Of a DNA stretch of 64,000 bases, positions 29,719 to 40,017 are shown piece after piece. Every line of letters starts with the position of its first letter. Positions within the stretch are counted from its first letter, which is position 1. Below the pieces are notes generated by a model, which did not search any database, was not told where the DNA came from, and saw only the letters and a list, made by a program, of their open reading frames with translations. Source of the DNA: an uncultured Piscirickettsiaceae bacterium (GTDB lineage Bacteria > Pseudomonadota > Gammaproteobacteria > GCF-002020875); NCBI GenBank assembly GCA_964344785.1, contig CAYFOR010000001.1, positions 22,723 to 86,722 on the forward strand. The letters are read 5' to 3'. The translations under genes and the position numbers were made by a program.

Positions 29719-30411
29719 TCACCAAAGCTCACGAATCACCACAAAGGCCTCGGCCGCCATACAACCGACACTACAACCCCGAAATCCGGCCAGATGACGT
29801 ACCCCTTCCATAGACCGGGGGTGAGGAAATGGCCTCATCTCATCTGCATAGGCCTCAAGTGCCTCCATCTTTTGCTCCAGTTGCTGCGATATATCGACAT
29901 AGCGGACAGGGCGAAAGCCCGTTTGATCCACTGAGGGGACGGACCACTCCGTACTGGACAGCGTCTCAAAACAGTAGATGGAGCGTTTATGCGTGCCCGG
30001 CATCGGACGTGTTGCGGTGATCACGGCCTGATGCACGATACGATGATCTACATTCAGATCCCCACCATGATGAGTGTAGATGATATCCGGATCCACCTCC
30101 TGGATGACTGCTTCAATCGGCTTGATCACATCCAGCAGGTCCCCCCGATCAAGACGGTTATCTGGAAAGCAGAGAAACGTTGGATCATCATATCCTAGGA
30201 TATCGGATACCTGACATGCCGCCTGCTTCAACCGATCAACCTCATCCGAGGCACCATCAGCTTCCTCCCCACCTTTTCTGGAAGTGGCCCCCTCGGCAAC
30301 AATCAAAACAGAGACACGGTCCCCTTCCATCACATGGCGTGCAATGGTCCCTCCGCAACCGAGCACTTCATCATCCGGATGGGCAGCAACGACTAATACG
30401 GTTTGTGACAC
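29719..30411 (-). CDS. PIG-L/LmbE-family N-deacetylase
   Basis: 230 aa; AHPDDEVLGCGG signature. Confidence 0.8.
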   Translation of the reverse strand: MSQTVLVVAAHPDDEVLGCGGTIARHVMEGDRVSVLIVAEGATSRKGGEEADGASDEVDRLKQAACQVSDILGYDDPTFLCFPDNRLDRGDLLDVIKPIEAVIQEVDPDIIYTHHGGDLNVDHRIVHQAVITATRPMPGTHKRSIYCFETLSSTEWSVPSVDQTGFRPVRYVDISQQLEQKMEALEAYADEMRPFPHPRSMEGVRHLAGFRGCSVGCMAAEAFVVIRELW

Positions 30412-30469
30412 TGGCTTGTATCCTTCTTGTTTCAGTCTATAAGGTAGAGCAGTCTTTCTCAGGGAATGG

Positions 30470-31675
30470 TCAGTCTACCCCTAACTCTTCCATCAACCCA
30501 GCAGCGATAAACTCCACATCCGCATCCTGCAGGGATGGATAGAAGGGGATGGAGAGGGTACGAGCATAGTAGCGGTCTGCGCCATCCAGCTGGCTCTCCC
30601 CATAACGGTTGCAATAGTAGGGTTGCCGATTGATGGGAAGGTAGTGCACCTGTGTGCCGATCCCACGCTGGGACAGCCCTCTCATCATCTCGCCACGCTC
30701 ACGCCCCAACCCCTCAAAATCGATCAATACAGGATAGAGGTGTAGCGCATTGTCACTGAACTGCTGCTTCCTGACCGGTACCAGAACTGGTGCTGCCGCT
30801 TCCAGCAGTTGATCATATTGTGACTCAATCTGGCGGCGCCGCTGCAGAAAGCGGGAGAGCTTACCCAGCTGACTCAATCCCAATGCGCAGTGAATATCAC
30901 TGGCACGGTAGTTATAACCCAGCTCCTGCATCTCGTAATACCACGGGTTGGCACTCTCATCACTCCCAAACCCCTGTGTCTGGTCCTGCCACTGCCGGGC
31001 GTCACGTGTCATCCCATGATTACGCAGCAGCGATGCACGTGCAGCCATTGCATCATCATTACAAGTGACCGCTCCCCCTTCACCCATGGCAATATGTTTT
31101 ACCGGGTGAAACGAGAAAATGGTGAGATCACTATGGGCACAGTCACCGACAGCATAGTTGCTACCATCGCGGCTTCTATAACGTGTTCCCAGTGCATGAC
31201 ATCCATCCTCAACAACATACAATCCATGTTGCCGGGCATACTGGGCCAAAGGCTCCATCTCCACACACTGTCCGTTCAGGTGAACCGGAAAGACCGCTTT
31301 GACCGGGCCTTCTGCCCGTTCTACTGCATTCTTGAGGGTCTCTACGTTCATCAACCCCGTATCCGGGTCTACATCGGCAAATACCACCTCTCCACCGACA
31401 AAACGGATGGCATTGGCAGTGGACAGAAAGGTAACCGCAGGTACTACAACCCAATCACCAGGCCCAATACCGAGGACCATCGCGGCCAAGTGCAGTGCGG
31501 CAGTACCATTCGCGCAAGCGACTGCATGTCGACTCTCAACCTGTTTGGCAAGCGCCTCTTCGAAAGCGCTTACGGCTGGGCCGGTCGTTAGATAATCCCC
31601 CATCAAGACTGCCGATACCGCAGCCACGTCATCCTCATCGATCTGCTGACGGGCATAGGGGAAAAAACGGCTCAT
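30470..31675 (-). CDS. pseC: DegT/DnrJ/EryC1-family sugar aminotransferase (PseC-like)
   Basis: 401 aa; the PLP-lysine region [15 protein letters not shown] and the C-terminal [12 protein letters not shown] motif typical of PseC. Confidence 0.75.
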   Translation of the reverse strand: MSRFFPYARQQIDEDDVAAVSAVLMGDYLTTGPAVSAFEEALAKQVESRHAVACANGTAALHLAAMVLGIGPGDWVVVPAVTFLSTANAIRFVGGEVVFADVDPDTGLMNVETLKNAVERAEGPVKAVFPVHLNGQCVEMEPLAQYARQHGLYVVEDGCHALGTRYRSRDGSNYAVGDCAHSDLTIFSFHPVKHIAMGEGGAVTCNDDAMAARASLLRNHGMTRDARQWQDQTQGFGSDESANPWYYEMQELGYNYRASDIHCALGLSQLGKLSRFLQRRRQIESQYDQLLEAAAPVLVPVRKQQFSDNALHLYPVLIDFEGLGRERGEMMRGLSQRGIGTQVHYLPINRQPYYCNRYGESQLDGADRYYARTLSIPFYPSLQDADVEFIAAGLMEELGVD

Positions 31676-32238
31676 GAACGGATTGGCTCCAGCCCGTCAT
31701 CCCCCTTCTGATAACGTGTCCCACACTCCGGGCAGGCGAGCTGTTCATCCAGTTTTACTCCACAGCTGCAGGCCCACCCCTTCTGCCTGGCAGGGTTTCC
31801 CACCATCAATGCATGATCAGGAATATCCCGTGTTACCACCGCACCAGCCCCGATCAGGCAGTACCGTCCCAACGTGTTGCCACAGATGATGGTGGCATTC
31901 GCTCCGATTGTGGCGCCCCGCTTGACCCGAGTCTCACGATATTCATGTTTGCGGGAGACATGGGCACGCGGATTGATCACATTGGTAAAGACCATGCTTG
32001 GACCACAAAAGACATCCTCTTCCAGCACCACACGATCATAAAGGGAGACATTATTCTGGATCCGTGCATTGTCTCCAATTATCGCCTCATTGCCGACAAA
32101 GACATTTTGCCCTAAGGAGCAACCAGCACCAATCCTCGCTCCAGAACAGACATGTACCCAGTGCCAAATTGCAGTACCATCACCAATAGTCGCACCCTCA
32201 TCTACAATAGCGGAAGGGTGAATGTTGATATTATCCAA
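31672..32238 (-). CDS. wbpD: Hexapeptide-repeat (LbH) N-acetyltransferase (WbpD/WlbB-like)
   Basis: 188 aa of left-handed beta-helix hexapeptide repeats. Confidence 0.7.
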   Translation of the reverse strand: MDNINIHPSAIVDEGATIGDGTAIWHWVHVCSGARIGAGCSLGQNVFVGNEAIIGDNARIQNNVSLYDRVVLEEDVFCGPSMVFTNVINPRAHVSRKHEYRETRVKRGATIGANATIICGNTLGRYCLIGAGAVVTRDIPDHALMVGNPARQKGWACSCGVKLDEQLACPECGTRYQKGDDGLEPIRS

Positions 32239-32241
32239 GCG

Positions 32242-33330
32242 TCAAAGCTCCAACGGCAGTGAGACCTGTTTTCCATCACGCGCCGAAAGATATGCTGCGA
32301 TCAGCAGTTCAAGTGAACGCAATCCTTCCCTACCATCGGTCTCTGGCCCTGCCTCGCCACGTAGCGTCTGGATCACATTATGGTAGTAGAGCGGATGACC
32401 AAAACCATATACGGAGGTGGTCTGATAGCTTGCTTCACGGATTTTTTCATCCTCTTCCCGCGGCTCATCAAACTCCCAGTGCTGAATCTCATTCACGGCT
32501 ACACCACCAACCCGTACCGTCCCCTTCTCACCGATGATGGTGATGGAACCTTCCATATTTTTAGGATAGGTGAGCATGGTGACGCTCATGGAACCCAACG
32601 CACCGGAGCGCCACCGAACATTCATCACGGCGGTATCCTCCACCTCGATATTGCGCGCCAAGGTTCCCGTCATTGCCTGTACGCTATGGACTGGTCCAAT
32701 CAGCCAATCGAGCAGATCGACATAGTGGCTTGCCTGATTCATCAGTGCACCACCATCAAACTCCCAGGTGCCACGCCAACCGGCACTGTCATAGTACTCC
32801 TGTGGACGGGTCCAGAAAACGTTGACATGGACCATGAAGATCCGCCCGAACCGCCCTTCATCCACTGCCTTCTTGAGTAACTGCAAGGTGGCATTACGCC
32901 GATTCTGCTTCACCACGAAGAGGCGGACACCAGCTTCATCACACGCCTGTACCATGGACAGTCCGTCTTTCCAACGGGTCGCCATCGGTTTTTCGGTCAT
33001 GATATGACGCCCTGCTCTGGCACACTGAATGGCCTGCTCCGGATGTTGGCCGCTGGGTGTACAGATGGTCACCAGATCAACATCCGACTGTTCCAGCATG
33101 GATTGGAGATCACCGTAAGGCGCAGCCCCGGTGGCCTCACTCGCCCTCTGCAGAACGCCGGAGTCTGCATCACAGACTGCTGCCAGCTCAATCTGATCCC
33201 CATGCTTCTTGACCGCCTCGAAGTGCTTTTGGGCGATACGGCCACACCCCACCAAACCAAAACGGATTTTTCGATCAGAAATAATTTTGGCGCCAGTACT
33301 CATTCTGCTACACCGTTGCCAAGCCAGCAA
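32242..33330 (-). CDS. wbpB: Gfo/Idh/MocA oxidoreductase (WbpB-like UDP-GlcNAcA 3-dehydrogenase)
   Basis: IRFGLVGCGRIAQKH Rossmann motif; sits between the wbpD-like and wbpA/wbpE-like genes. Confidence 0.7.
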   Translation of the reverse strand: MLAWQRCSRMSTGAKIISDRKIRFGLVGCGRIAQKHFEAVKKHGDQIELAAVCDADSGVLQRASEATGAAPYGDLQSMLEQSDVDLVTICTPSGQHPEQAIQCARAGRHIMTEKPMATRWKDGLSMVQACDEAGVRLFVVKQNRRNATLQLLKKAVDEGRFGRIFMVHVNVFWTRPQEYYDSAGWRGTWEFDGGALMNQASHYVDLLDWLIGPVHSVQAMTGTLARNIEVEDTAVMNVRWRSGALGSMSVTMLTYPKNMEGSITIIGEKGTVRVGGVAVNEIQHWEFDEPREEDEKIREASYQTTSVYGFGHPLYYHNVIQTLRGEAGPETDGREGLRSLELLIAAYLSARDGKQVSLPLEL

Positions 33331-33336
33331 AGTGGC

Positions 33337-34779
33337 TTACCGCCCATAAATATCCTCAAAACGAACAATATCATCCTCTCCAAGATAACTCCCCGACTGC
33401 ACTTCGATCATCTCCAGAAGCAGTTTCCCGGGGTTTTCAAGCCGATGTCGGGCACCTACCGGAATATGAATGGACTCATTTTCACTGAGCAGAAGTTCTT
33501 CCTCTCCTCGAGTCACCTTTGCGGTTCCCTTCACTACAATCCAGTGTTCAGCCCTGTGATGGTGCATCTGTAAACTGAGACTGGCCCCGGGTTTCACCGT
33601 AATCCGCTTGACCTTGAATCGATATCCCTCATCGATACAGTCATAGGTGCCCCAGGGGCGTGCCGTATGGCTATGTTCAGTCGCTTGCGGCAGCTCCTCT
33701 TCTTTGAGCTGAGTAACCACCTCCTTGACCTGTTCGGCATGGCTGTTATCTGCAACAAGCAGCGCATCCTGGGTATCGATAATCAGGAGATTACTGGTAC
33801 CTAGGGCCACTACAGGTCGATGTGGAGCATGGATATAGGTATTTTCTGCGGAATGTACTCTTCCCTTCCCATATACGTGATTATTCTCACCATCTCCGGG
33901 AGAGAGATCTGCAACCGCATTCCAGCTACCCACATCACTCCAAACCCCTTTAAAAGGGACCACTGCAATGGAGTATTGCCCATCAGGGTCTGACGCCACC
34001 TTCTCCAGCAGCGCATAATCGATCGACTCGCTACGACACTCCGCAAATGCATCATGGTCGAGGTAGTGAAAATCACCACTTACACGCTGCTTCTCTACCG
34101 CACTGCAACTTGACTCCAGAATATCCTCGGCATAGCCATCCAGTGCATTGATCAGAACGTCCGCCTTGGCAAGAAAAATCCCGGCATTCCAGTAGTACTG
34201 TCCACTACACAGATAGCGATCCGCCGTCTCAAGGTCGGGCTTTTCAACAAACTCCTCCACTTCGAAAGCAGCCTGATTCTCATTGGAGCCATGTGCCCGT
34301 TTGATATAGCCATAGGCGGTACTGGGGAAGGTAGGCTCAATGCCAAAGGTGACCACGGACCCTTTTTCTGCCTCCGCAACACCACTTTCGATCGTTTCAG
34401 CAAAACGTTCCACATCTGGAATATGGTGGTCTGCCGGTACGAACAGCAGCAGTCGATCCCCTCCGTGCGACTGCCTGATATTCAAGGCCGAAACCGCAAT
34501 GGCTGCTGCGGTATTGCGCCCTACAGGTTCAAGCAGATGGACAACCTCCATGCTGGCTGCCTCTGCCGCTTCGGCAACAAGAAAGCGGTGCTTCTCACTG
34601 GCAACAATCCAGGTCTTGTGATCTTCGTGGCTGCTTAGCGATTTGGTCCTCTCCAGAGTAGCCTGCAGCAGGCTTTTTCCACCAATGAGAGGTACAAACT
34701 GTTTGGGCAGGGATGCTCGAGAAAGGGGCCAGAGGCGTGTCCCGGAGCCGCCAGCCAATATCACCGGTGTTACATTCAC
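33337..34779 (-). CDS. manC: Mannose-1-phosphate guanylyltransferase / mannose-6-phosphate isomerase (bifunctional ManC/AlgA type, C-terminal cupin)
   Basis: 480 aa; VILAGGSGTRLWPLS N-terminal motif and a C-terminal cupin. Confidence 0.85.
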   Translation of the reverse strand: MNVTPVILAGGSGTRLWPLSRASLPKQFVPLIGGKSLLQATLERTKSLSSHEDHKTWIVASEKHRFLVAEAAEAASMEVVHLLEPVGRNTAAAIAVSALNIRQSHGGDRLLLFVPADHHIPDVERFAETIESGVAEAEKGSVVTFGIEPTFPSTAYGYIKRAHGSNENQAAFEVEEFVEKPDLETADRYLCSGQYYWNAGIFLAKADVLINALDGYAEDILESSCSAVEKQRVSGDFHYLDHDAFAECRSESIDYALLEKVASDPDGQYSIAVVPFKGVWSDVGSWNAVADLSPGDGENNHVYGKGRVHSAENTYIHAPHRPVVALGTSNLLIIDTQDALLVADNSHAEQVKEVVTQLKEEELPQATEHSHTARPWGTYDCIDEGYRFKVKRITVKPGASLSLQMHHHRAEHWIVVKGTAKVTRGEEELLLSENESIHIPVGARHRLENPGKLLLEMIEVQSGSYLGEDDIVRFEDIYGR

Positions 34780-34825
34780 TATTTTGCGATGCTGTTGCGT
34801 TGAGATTGCAGGCGAGTCAAGAGCG

Positions 34826-36100
34826 TTACAGCCGTAAGTCTACCTCTTCACTGGAGAAGAGATATTTCACATCATACAGCACATGTTCCGCTTTACCTAA
34901 AGCGCGCACTTGAGAGGCCCCCAGTGCCCTGAACTGATCGTGTGCGACGGCCAGTATAATCGCATCATAACTGGAAGTTTGGGGTTCGCCAATCAGCTCA
35001 ATTCCATACTCTTCTGAGGCATCTTCCGGGTTTACCCAAGGGTCGTAGACATCAACGCTGCAGCCATACTCACCAAGCTCATTGATGATATCGGTCACCC
35101 GAGTATTCCGTAGATCCGGGCAGTTCTCCTTGAACGCAAGCCCCATAACCAGTACTCGTGCCCCATCGACCTGAATACGGCGTTTGGTCATCACCTTGAC
35201 CAGTTGGCTGACTACATACTCACCCATTCCATCATTCATTCGCCGTCCGGCCAGAATGATCTGCGGGTGATAACCAATCGCCTCGGCCTTGTGGGTCAGG
35301 TAGTACGGGTCCACTCCGATACAGTGCCCTCCAACCAGCCCCGGCCGGAACGGCAGGAAGTTCCATTTACTTCCCGCTGCCTCCAGTACGGCCTGTGTGT
35401 CAATTCCCATACGGTTGAAGATCAGCGCCAGCTCATTGACCAGCGCAATATTGAGATCACGCTGAGTATTCTCAATCACCTTGGCCGCTTCCGCCACTCG
35501 AATACTGCTGGCCTTGTGGGTACCCGCAGTAATGACTTGCAGATAGAGTTCGTTGACAAAGTCAGCCACCTCGGGTGTTGAGCCGGATGTCACCTTCTTG
35601 ATTGTGGTAACACGGTGTTCCTTATCCCCCGGATTGATCCGCTCTGGGCTGTAACCACAATAGAACTGCTCGTTGAACTTCAGTCCCGACTCCTTCTCAA
35701 GCACAGGAACACAATCCTCTTCGGTCGCCCCTGGATAGACAGTAGACTCATAGATCACAACATCCCCTTCTTTGAGGACTGATCCAACAGAACGGCTGGC
35801 ACTAATCAGTGGTGAAAGATCGGGCCGCTTATAGTCATCGATTGGTGTCGGAACGGTGACGATAAAGCAGTTGCATTGCCTCAGGGCCTGCAGATCGGTT
35901 GTAAAGCTAAGCTGTGTGGCAGCCTGAAGCTCCTTTTCGGTTGTCTCCAGCGTTGAATCAACTCCTGATTCCAGCTCATCAATACGCTGCTGGTTGATAT
36001 CAAAACCAACAACCGAGCGAATCCGCCCAAACTCGACAGCCAGAGGTAACCCCACATAGCCAAGACCGATAATGGCTAGTTTTACATCAGATAATTTCAA
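34826..36100 (-). CDS. wbpA: UDP-N-acetyl-D-glucosamine 6-dehydrogenase (WbpA/WecC-type nucleotide-sugar dehydrogenase)
   Basis: 424 aa; [16 protein letters not shown] motif and the central catalytic Cys region. Confidence 0.8.
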   Translation of the reverse strand: MKLSDVKLAIIGLGYVGLPLAVEFGRIRSVVGFDINQQRIDELESGVDSTLETTEKELQAATQLSFTTDLQALRQCNCFIVTVPTPIDDYKRPDLSPLISASRSVGSVLKEGDVVIYESTVYPGATEEDCVPVLEKESGLKFNEQFYCGYSPERINPGDKEHRVTTIKKVTSGSTPEVADFVNELYLQVITAGTHKASSIRVAEAAKVIENTQRDLNIALVNELALIFNRMGIDTQAVLEAAGSKWNFLPFRPGLVGGHCIGVDPYYLTHKAEAIGYHPQIILAGRRMNDGMGEYVVSQLVKVMTKRRIQVDGARVLVMGLAFKENCPDLRNTRVTDIINELGEYGCSVDVYDPWVNPEDASEEYGIELIGEPQTSSYDAIILAVAHDQFRALGASQVRALGKAEHVLYDVKYLFSSEEVDLRL

Positions 36101-36146
36101 GTAAGCGCCCTCATCAAGTACTGTTTATTACTTCACCATCAACTGC

Positions 36147-37241
36147 TCAGCCCAACGCCTCTTTCAACCCTTCTACCACCAACTGTTGATCTGACTCCGT
36201 CAGATAGGGGTGCATTGGAAGGCTCAGTACCCGCTGGGCAAGAGACTCTGCCACTGGCAAATTGACCTCCCCCACCCCTCTCGCCTGCAATGCTGGCTGA
36301 TGATGCAAAGGCAGCGGATAGTGTACTGCAGTCGGGATATCTTTCTGCTTCAGCTCAGCCACTACTTTGTCCCGCTCATCCACCTGAACGGTGTACTGTG
36401 CATATACCGACTGATTATACGGTTCAATGCGCGGTGTCCTGCAGGCCACTTCAGATAACAACGTGGAGTAGCGTTCACCCACTTCCCTTCTCGCAATCAC
36501 CTCCTGTGGAAATTTGGGGAGTTTTGCCAATAACATGGCTGCTTGCAAGGTATCGAGTCGTCCGTTTACACCGATTGAGGCATGCTGATACCGTCTACTC
36601 TGTCCGTGTATTCGAAACTCTCTGATCCGCTGTGCGAACTGGGGATCATTTGTGAAACAGGCACCGCCATCACCAAACCCTCCGAGCGGCTTGGATGGAA
36701 AAAAGCTGGTACAGCCAACATTACCCAGGCTGCATGCCATGCGTCCTTTGTAGGTCGCACCAAAGCTCTGCGCACCATCCTCGATCACAACCAGATTGTT
36801 TCTCTCTGCAACCTCATTGATTGGATCGTAGTCAGCACACTGGCCATAGAGGTCCACAGGAATGATCGCCTTGGTCTTTGGCGTGACCTTCTTCTCCAGC
36901 TGCTGCGGGTTGAGGTTGTAGTTTTCTGGATCCACATCCACAAAAAGAGGGGTTGCCCCCAACAGCATGATCACCTCTACTGTGGCAAAGAAGCTGAACG
37001 GGGTTGTGATCACCTCATCCCCTTGCCCAATATCTGCCGCCATCAGCGCCAACAGAAGTGCATCCGTTCCACTGGACACTGCAATGCAGTGCTCAACGCC
37101 TACATAGGCCCGCAAGACCGCCTCCAACTCCTCAACTTCAGGCCCCATAATATAGCGCCCATGCTGAAATACCTGATCAATACGATCCCGAACTTCCTGT
37201 TCAACCCCCTGAAACTGGGATTTGATATCAAAAAACTGCAC
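36147..37241 (-). CDS. wbpE: DegT-family aminotransferase, WbpE-like (UDP-2-acetamido-2-deoxy-3-oxo-glucuronate aminotransferase)
   Basis: 364 aa; collinear with P. aeruginosa WbpE (GDEVITTPFSF, TKAIIPV(D/S)LYGQCAD, RLDTLQAA(M/I)LL, AVHYP(L/I)PL(H/N)(H/K)QPA). Confidence 0.85.
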   Translation of the reverse strand: MQFFDIKSQFQGVEQEVRDRIDQVFQHGRYIMGPEVEELEAVLRAYVGVEHCIAVSSGTDALLLALMAADIGQGDEVITTPFSFFATVEVIMLLGATPLFVDVDPENYNLNPQQLEKKVTPKTKAIIPVDLYGQCADYDPINEVAERNNLVVIEDGAQSFGATYKGRMACSLGNVGCTSFFPSKPLGGFGDGGACFTNDPQFAQRIREFRIHGQSRRYQHASIGVNGRLDTLQAAMLLAKLPKFPQEVIARREVGERYSTLLSEVACRTPRIEPYNQSVYAQYTVQVDERDKVVAELKQKDIPTAVHYPLPLHHQPALQARGVGEVNLPVAESLAQRVLSLPMHPYLTESDQQLVVEGLKEALG

Positions 37242-37267
37242 GAGCTAAAGGCTCAGGTTAGCCCCAA

Positions 37268-38278
37268 TCAGATGTTGTAATACTCTTTGTACCACTGCAC
37301 AAAGCGTTCGATTCCTGATGCCACGGTGGTCTCAGGCTTGTAATCAAACTGCTCTACCAGGTCGTCCACATTGGCATAGGTATCGGGCACATCTCCTGCC
37401 TGCAGCGGCAACAGCTCTTTCGTTGCAGTCATTCCCAACGAGTTCTCCAGCGCCTCGATGTAGTCCATCAACTCAACAGGCTTGTTGTTCCCAATATTGT
37501 AGACCCGCCATGGTGCCTTGCTGGTACCGGGATCGGGATCGCCACTATCCCACTCTTCATTCCCCATTGCAGGCCGATCCAGCACCCGGATCACTCCCTC
37601 TACGATATCGTCGATATAGGTGAAGTCACGGCGGTGCTTACCGTAGTTGAAGACCTGAATCGGCTCTCCAGCCAGAATCGCCTTGGTGAACTTGAAGAGC
37701 GCCATATCGGGCCGTCCCCATGGCCCATAGACCGTAAAGAAACGCAGTCCGGTTGTCGGTAATTCGTACAGATGGCTATAGGCATGCGCCATCAACTCAT
37801 TTGATTTTTTACTTGCCGCATAGAGACTTATCGGGTGATCAACATTCTGGTGCACCGAAAACGGCATGGCCGTATTTGCGCCATACACACTGGAGCTGCT
37901 GGCATAGACAAAATGCTCGACACCATGATGCCGGCACCCTTCCAGAATATGAACAAAACCGACGATATTGCTATCGACATAAGCCATCGGATTTTCAATC
38001 GAATAGCGTACACCCGCCTGGGCCGCCAGGTTGACTACCCGATTGGGTTTGTGGGTTGCAAAGGCGCTTTCAACCGCCTCCCGGTCCCCAAGATCAATTC
38101 TCAGATGGGTATAGGCCGGATGACCTGCATAGCGTGCCAACCGCGCCTCTTTGATTTTGGGGTCATAATAGTCGTTGTGGTTATCGATTCCGATCACCTC
38201 ATCGCCACGCTCCAACAACCGCAATATCAACGTAGAACCAATAAACCCAGCCGCACCTGTAACAAGAACTTTCATCAC
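37268..38278 (-). CDS. NAD-dependent epimerase (UDP-glucuronate 4-epimerase family); first gene of the locus
   Basis: [31 protein letters not shown]. The track start is GTG 38278; ATG at 38275 is an alternative. Confidence 0.8.
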   Translation of the reverse strand: MMKVLVTGAAGFIGSTLILRLLERGDEVIGIDNHNDYYDPKIKEARLARYAGHPAYTHLRIDLGDREAVESAFATHKPNRVVNLAAQAGVRYSIENPMAYVDSNIVGFVHILEGCRHHGVEHFVYASSSSVYGANTAMPFSVHQNVDHPISLYAASKKSNELMAHAYSHLYELPTTGLRFFTVYGPWGRPDMALFKFTKAILAGEPIQVFNYGKHRRDFTYIDDIVEGVIRVLDRPAMGNEEWDSGDPDPGTSKAPWRVYNIGNNKPVELMDYIEALENSLGMTATKELLPLQAGDVPDTYANVDDLVEQFDYKPETTVASGIERFVQWYKEYYNI

Positions 38279-38301
38279 GTCTTCCCAATATTTATTAACA
38301 G

Positions 38302-38313
38302 CACGCTACCGCC
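38302..38313 (-). promoter_or_regulatory. ops element (RfaH-recruiting site) in the 5' leader of the glycan operon
   Basis: Plus strand reads cacgctaccgcc; its reverse complement is 5'-GGCGGTAGCGTG-3', an exact match to the 12-nt ops consensus. It lies ~25 nt upstream of the first gene's start and is followed by GGGAAGA (RBS). Confidence 0.6.
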
Positions 38314-38503
38314 ACGACGCACAAATACTTATGCATCCTGCAGAAATTTCCACATTGTAGGATCTGTAAGAAGCGCGAAATTGTAGCCCATATGACTTAT
38401 TTGTATTCACAGTAAAAATTATTGGCAGATTATAAAATCATTGTTTATAGACTACCGAAAGCGGTATATATTTGACCGTTCTTGAATCTAATTCCAGTGC
38501 TAT

Positions 38504-38591
38504 GGAGAGATGGCCGAGTGGTCGAAGGCGCACGCCTGGAAAGTGTGTATACGGAAACGTATCGAGGGTTCGAATCCCTCTCTCTCCGCCA
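38504..38591 (+). tRNA. tRNA-Ser (anticodon GGA), type II with long variable arm, CCA encoded
   Basis: Cloverleaf folded by hand: acceptor GGAGAGA/TCTCTCC, anticodon stem CACGC/GTGTG with loop CTGGAAA, variable arm TATACGGAAACGTAT, T-loop GGTTCGAATCC. Confidence 0.85.
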
Positions 38592-38661
38592 TTTGATATG
38601 GTGCCCAATCGTTCAAAAGACTGCTTGGGATAACTCCCACCCAAAGTATTAGGCATTTCCG

Positions 38662-39225
38662 CTAGAGTCCATCCCTCAACACCGGCCAAGCTACTCTCAG
38701 ATAGAGCACCATCGACCATAGAGTGAGCAACATCGCCACATAGAGCAGGACCAGTCCAACGACCGTCGTTGGGAACTCACCAACTGGTTCACGGTAGAGT
38801 AGCAGCAGTATGGCCGTCATCTGCATGGTGGTCTTGACCTTACCGATCATCGAAACCGCTACGCTGGTACGATTTCCCATCTCGGCCATCCATTCCCGTA
38901 GCGCCGATATGGTAATTTCTCTTCCGATAATCACAATTGCCGGTATGGCCACCAACCACTCCGGCATATCACTGACCAGCAATACCAGCGCTGCAGCTAC
39001 CATCAATTTATCTGCCACCGGATCGAGAAAGGCGCCGAATGACGAAGCCTGCTGCCACTTCCGGGCCAGATATCCATCCAGCCAGTCAGTCACTGCGGCC
39101 AACACGAACAGTATCGCTGCAGCAACTCTCCCCCACTCCAAGGGAAGATAGAAGGCGACAACGAAAAATGGGATCAGTGCTATCCGTAACAGGGTAAGTG
39201 CGGTGGGCAGGTTTACTTGAGTCAT
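38662..39225 (-). CDS. pgsA: CDP-diacylglycerol--glycerol-3-phosphate 3-phosphatidyltransferase
   Basis: 187 aa, collinear with E. coli PgsA (LTLLRIALIPFFV, TDWLDGYLARKW, FGAFLDPVADK). Confidence 0.9.
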   Translation of the reverse strand: MTQVNLPTALTLLRIALIPFFVVAFYLPLEWGRVAAAILFVLAAVTDWLDGYLARKWQQASSFGAFLDPVADKLMVAAALVLLVSDMPEWLVAIPAIVIIGREITISALREWMAEMGNRTSVAVSMIGKVKTTMQMTAILLLLYREPVGEFPTTVVGLVLLYVAMLLTLWSMVLYLRVAWPVLRDGL

Positions 39226-39360
39226 GTATCAATGTTACCGCAGTCTTCAGATATTCCAACCCTTCGTACCCACAGCGCAGGATACTGAAAATCCATACAC
39301 GAATCAGTACATTGTACCCATCAAACCAAAGCCTACAAATTCCACTTGATCACAGCAGAC

Positions 39361-40002
39361 TCAGACAACCCCTCTGACATGCAGCAGTTCCAACACTCTC
39401 TCGACAGACTCATCCAGTGTCTCCTGTGCTGTATGAACAGCTAATTCAGGATTGACCGGGGACTCATAAGGGGCACTGATGCCAGTGAATGCTGCAATTT
39501 CTCCAGCCCTCGCCCTCTTGTAGAGCCCTTTAACATCGCGTTGCTCACATACCTCAAGTGGACAGTCAACATAAACCTCAAGAAATTCACCATGCGGCAT
39601 CAACCCTCTTACCCGGTCCCGATCTGCACGATAGGGCGAGATGAATGCGGTCAGGATGATGGTACCCGCCTCGATAAAAAGCTTGCACACCTCACCAATT
39701 CGGCGCAGGTTCTCTTTACGATCCGCTTCACTGAACCCCAGATCACCGCTTAGTCCATGTCGAACATTGTCACCATCCAGCACAAAGGTTCTACTTCCTT
39801 GCTGATGGAGCCGCTCTTCGACCGCATGGGCCAGTGTCGATTTACCTGACCCGGACAGACCGGTAAACCAAAGCACTACTGACTTATGACCATTCTGCTG
39901 ATTGCGCCGCTCACGATTCACTGTCGCATGGTGCCAGACCACATCGCTTGAAGTTTCCATAATCAATCCCTTTGGTTTTTCCGCCACATCATAGCAGTTC
40001 AC
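39361..40002 (-). CDS. cysC: Adenylyl-sulfate (APS) kinase
   Basis: P-loop [28 protein letters not shown]. The likely start is the internal Met (METSSDV). Confidence 0.85.
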   Translation of the reverse strand: MNCYDVAEKPKGLIMETSSDVVWHHATVNRERRNQQNGHKSVVLWFTGLSGSGKSTLAHAVEERLHQQGSRTFVLDGDNVRHGLSGDLGFSEADRKENLRRIGEVCKLFIEAGTIILTAFISPYRADRDRVRGLMPHGEFLEVYVDCPLEVCEQRDVKGLYKRARAGEIAAFTGISAPYESPVNPELAVHTAQETLDESVERVLELLHVRGVV

Positions 40003-40017
40003 CTAACCGCCCATAAG

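Noticed and set aside
1-38313. Horizontally acquired genomic island carrying the glycan locus.
   Set aside because: Although the locus ends at a tRNA-Ser gene, GC content looks uniform with the flanking core genes. No integrase, transposase or direct att repeat was seen in the window.
38440-38503. Sigma-70 promoter for tRNA-Ser(GGA), with TTGACC at 38472-38477.
   Set aside because: No acceptable -10 hexamer at 16-18 bp spacing before the mature tRNA 5' end, so no promoter feature was called.
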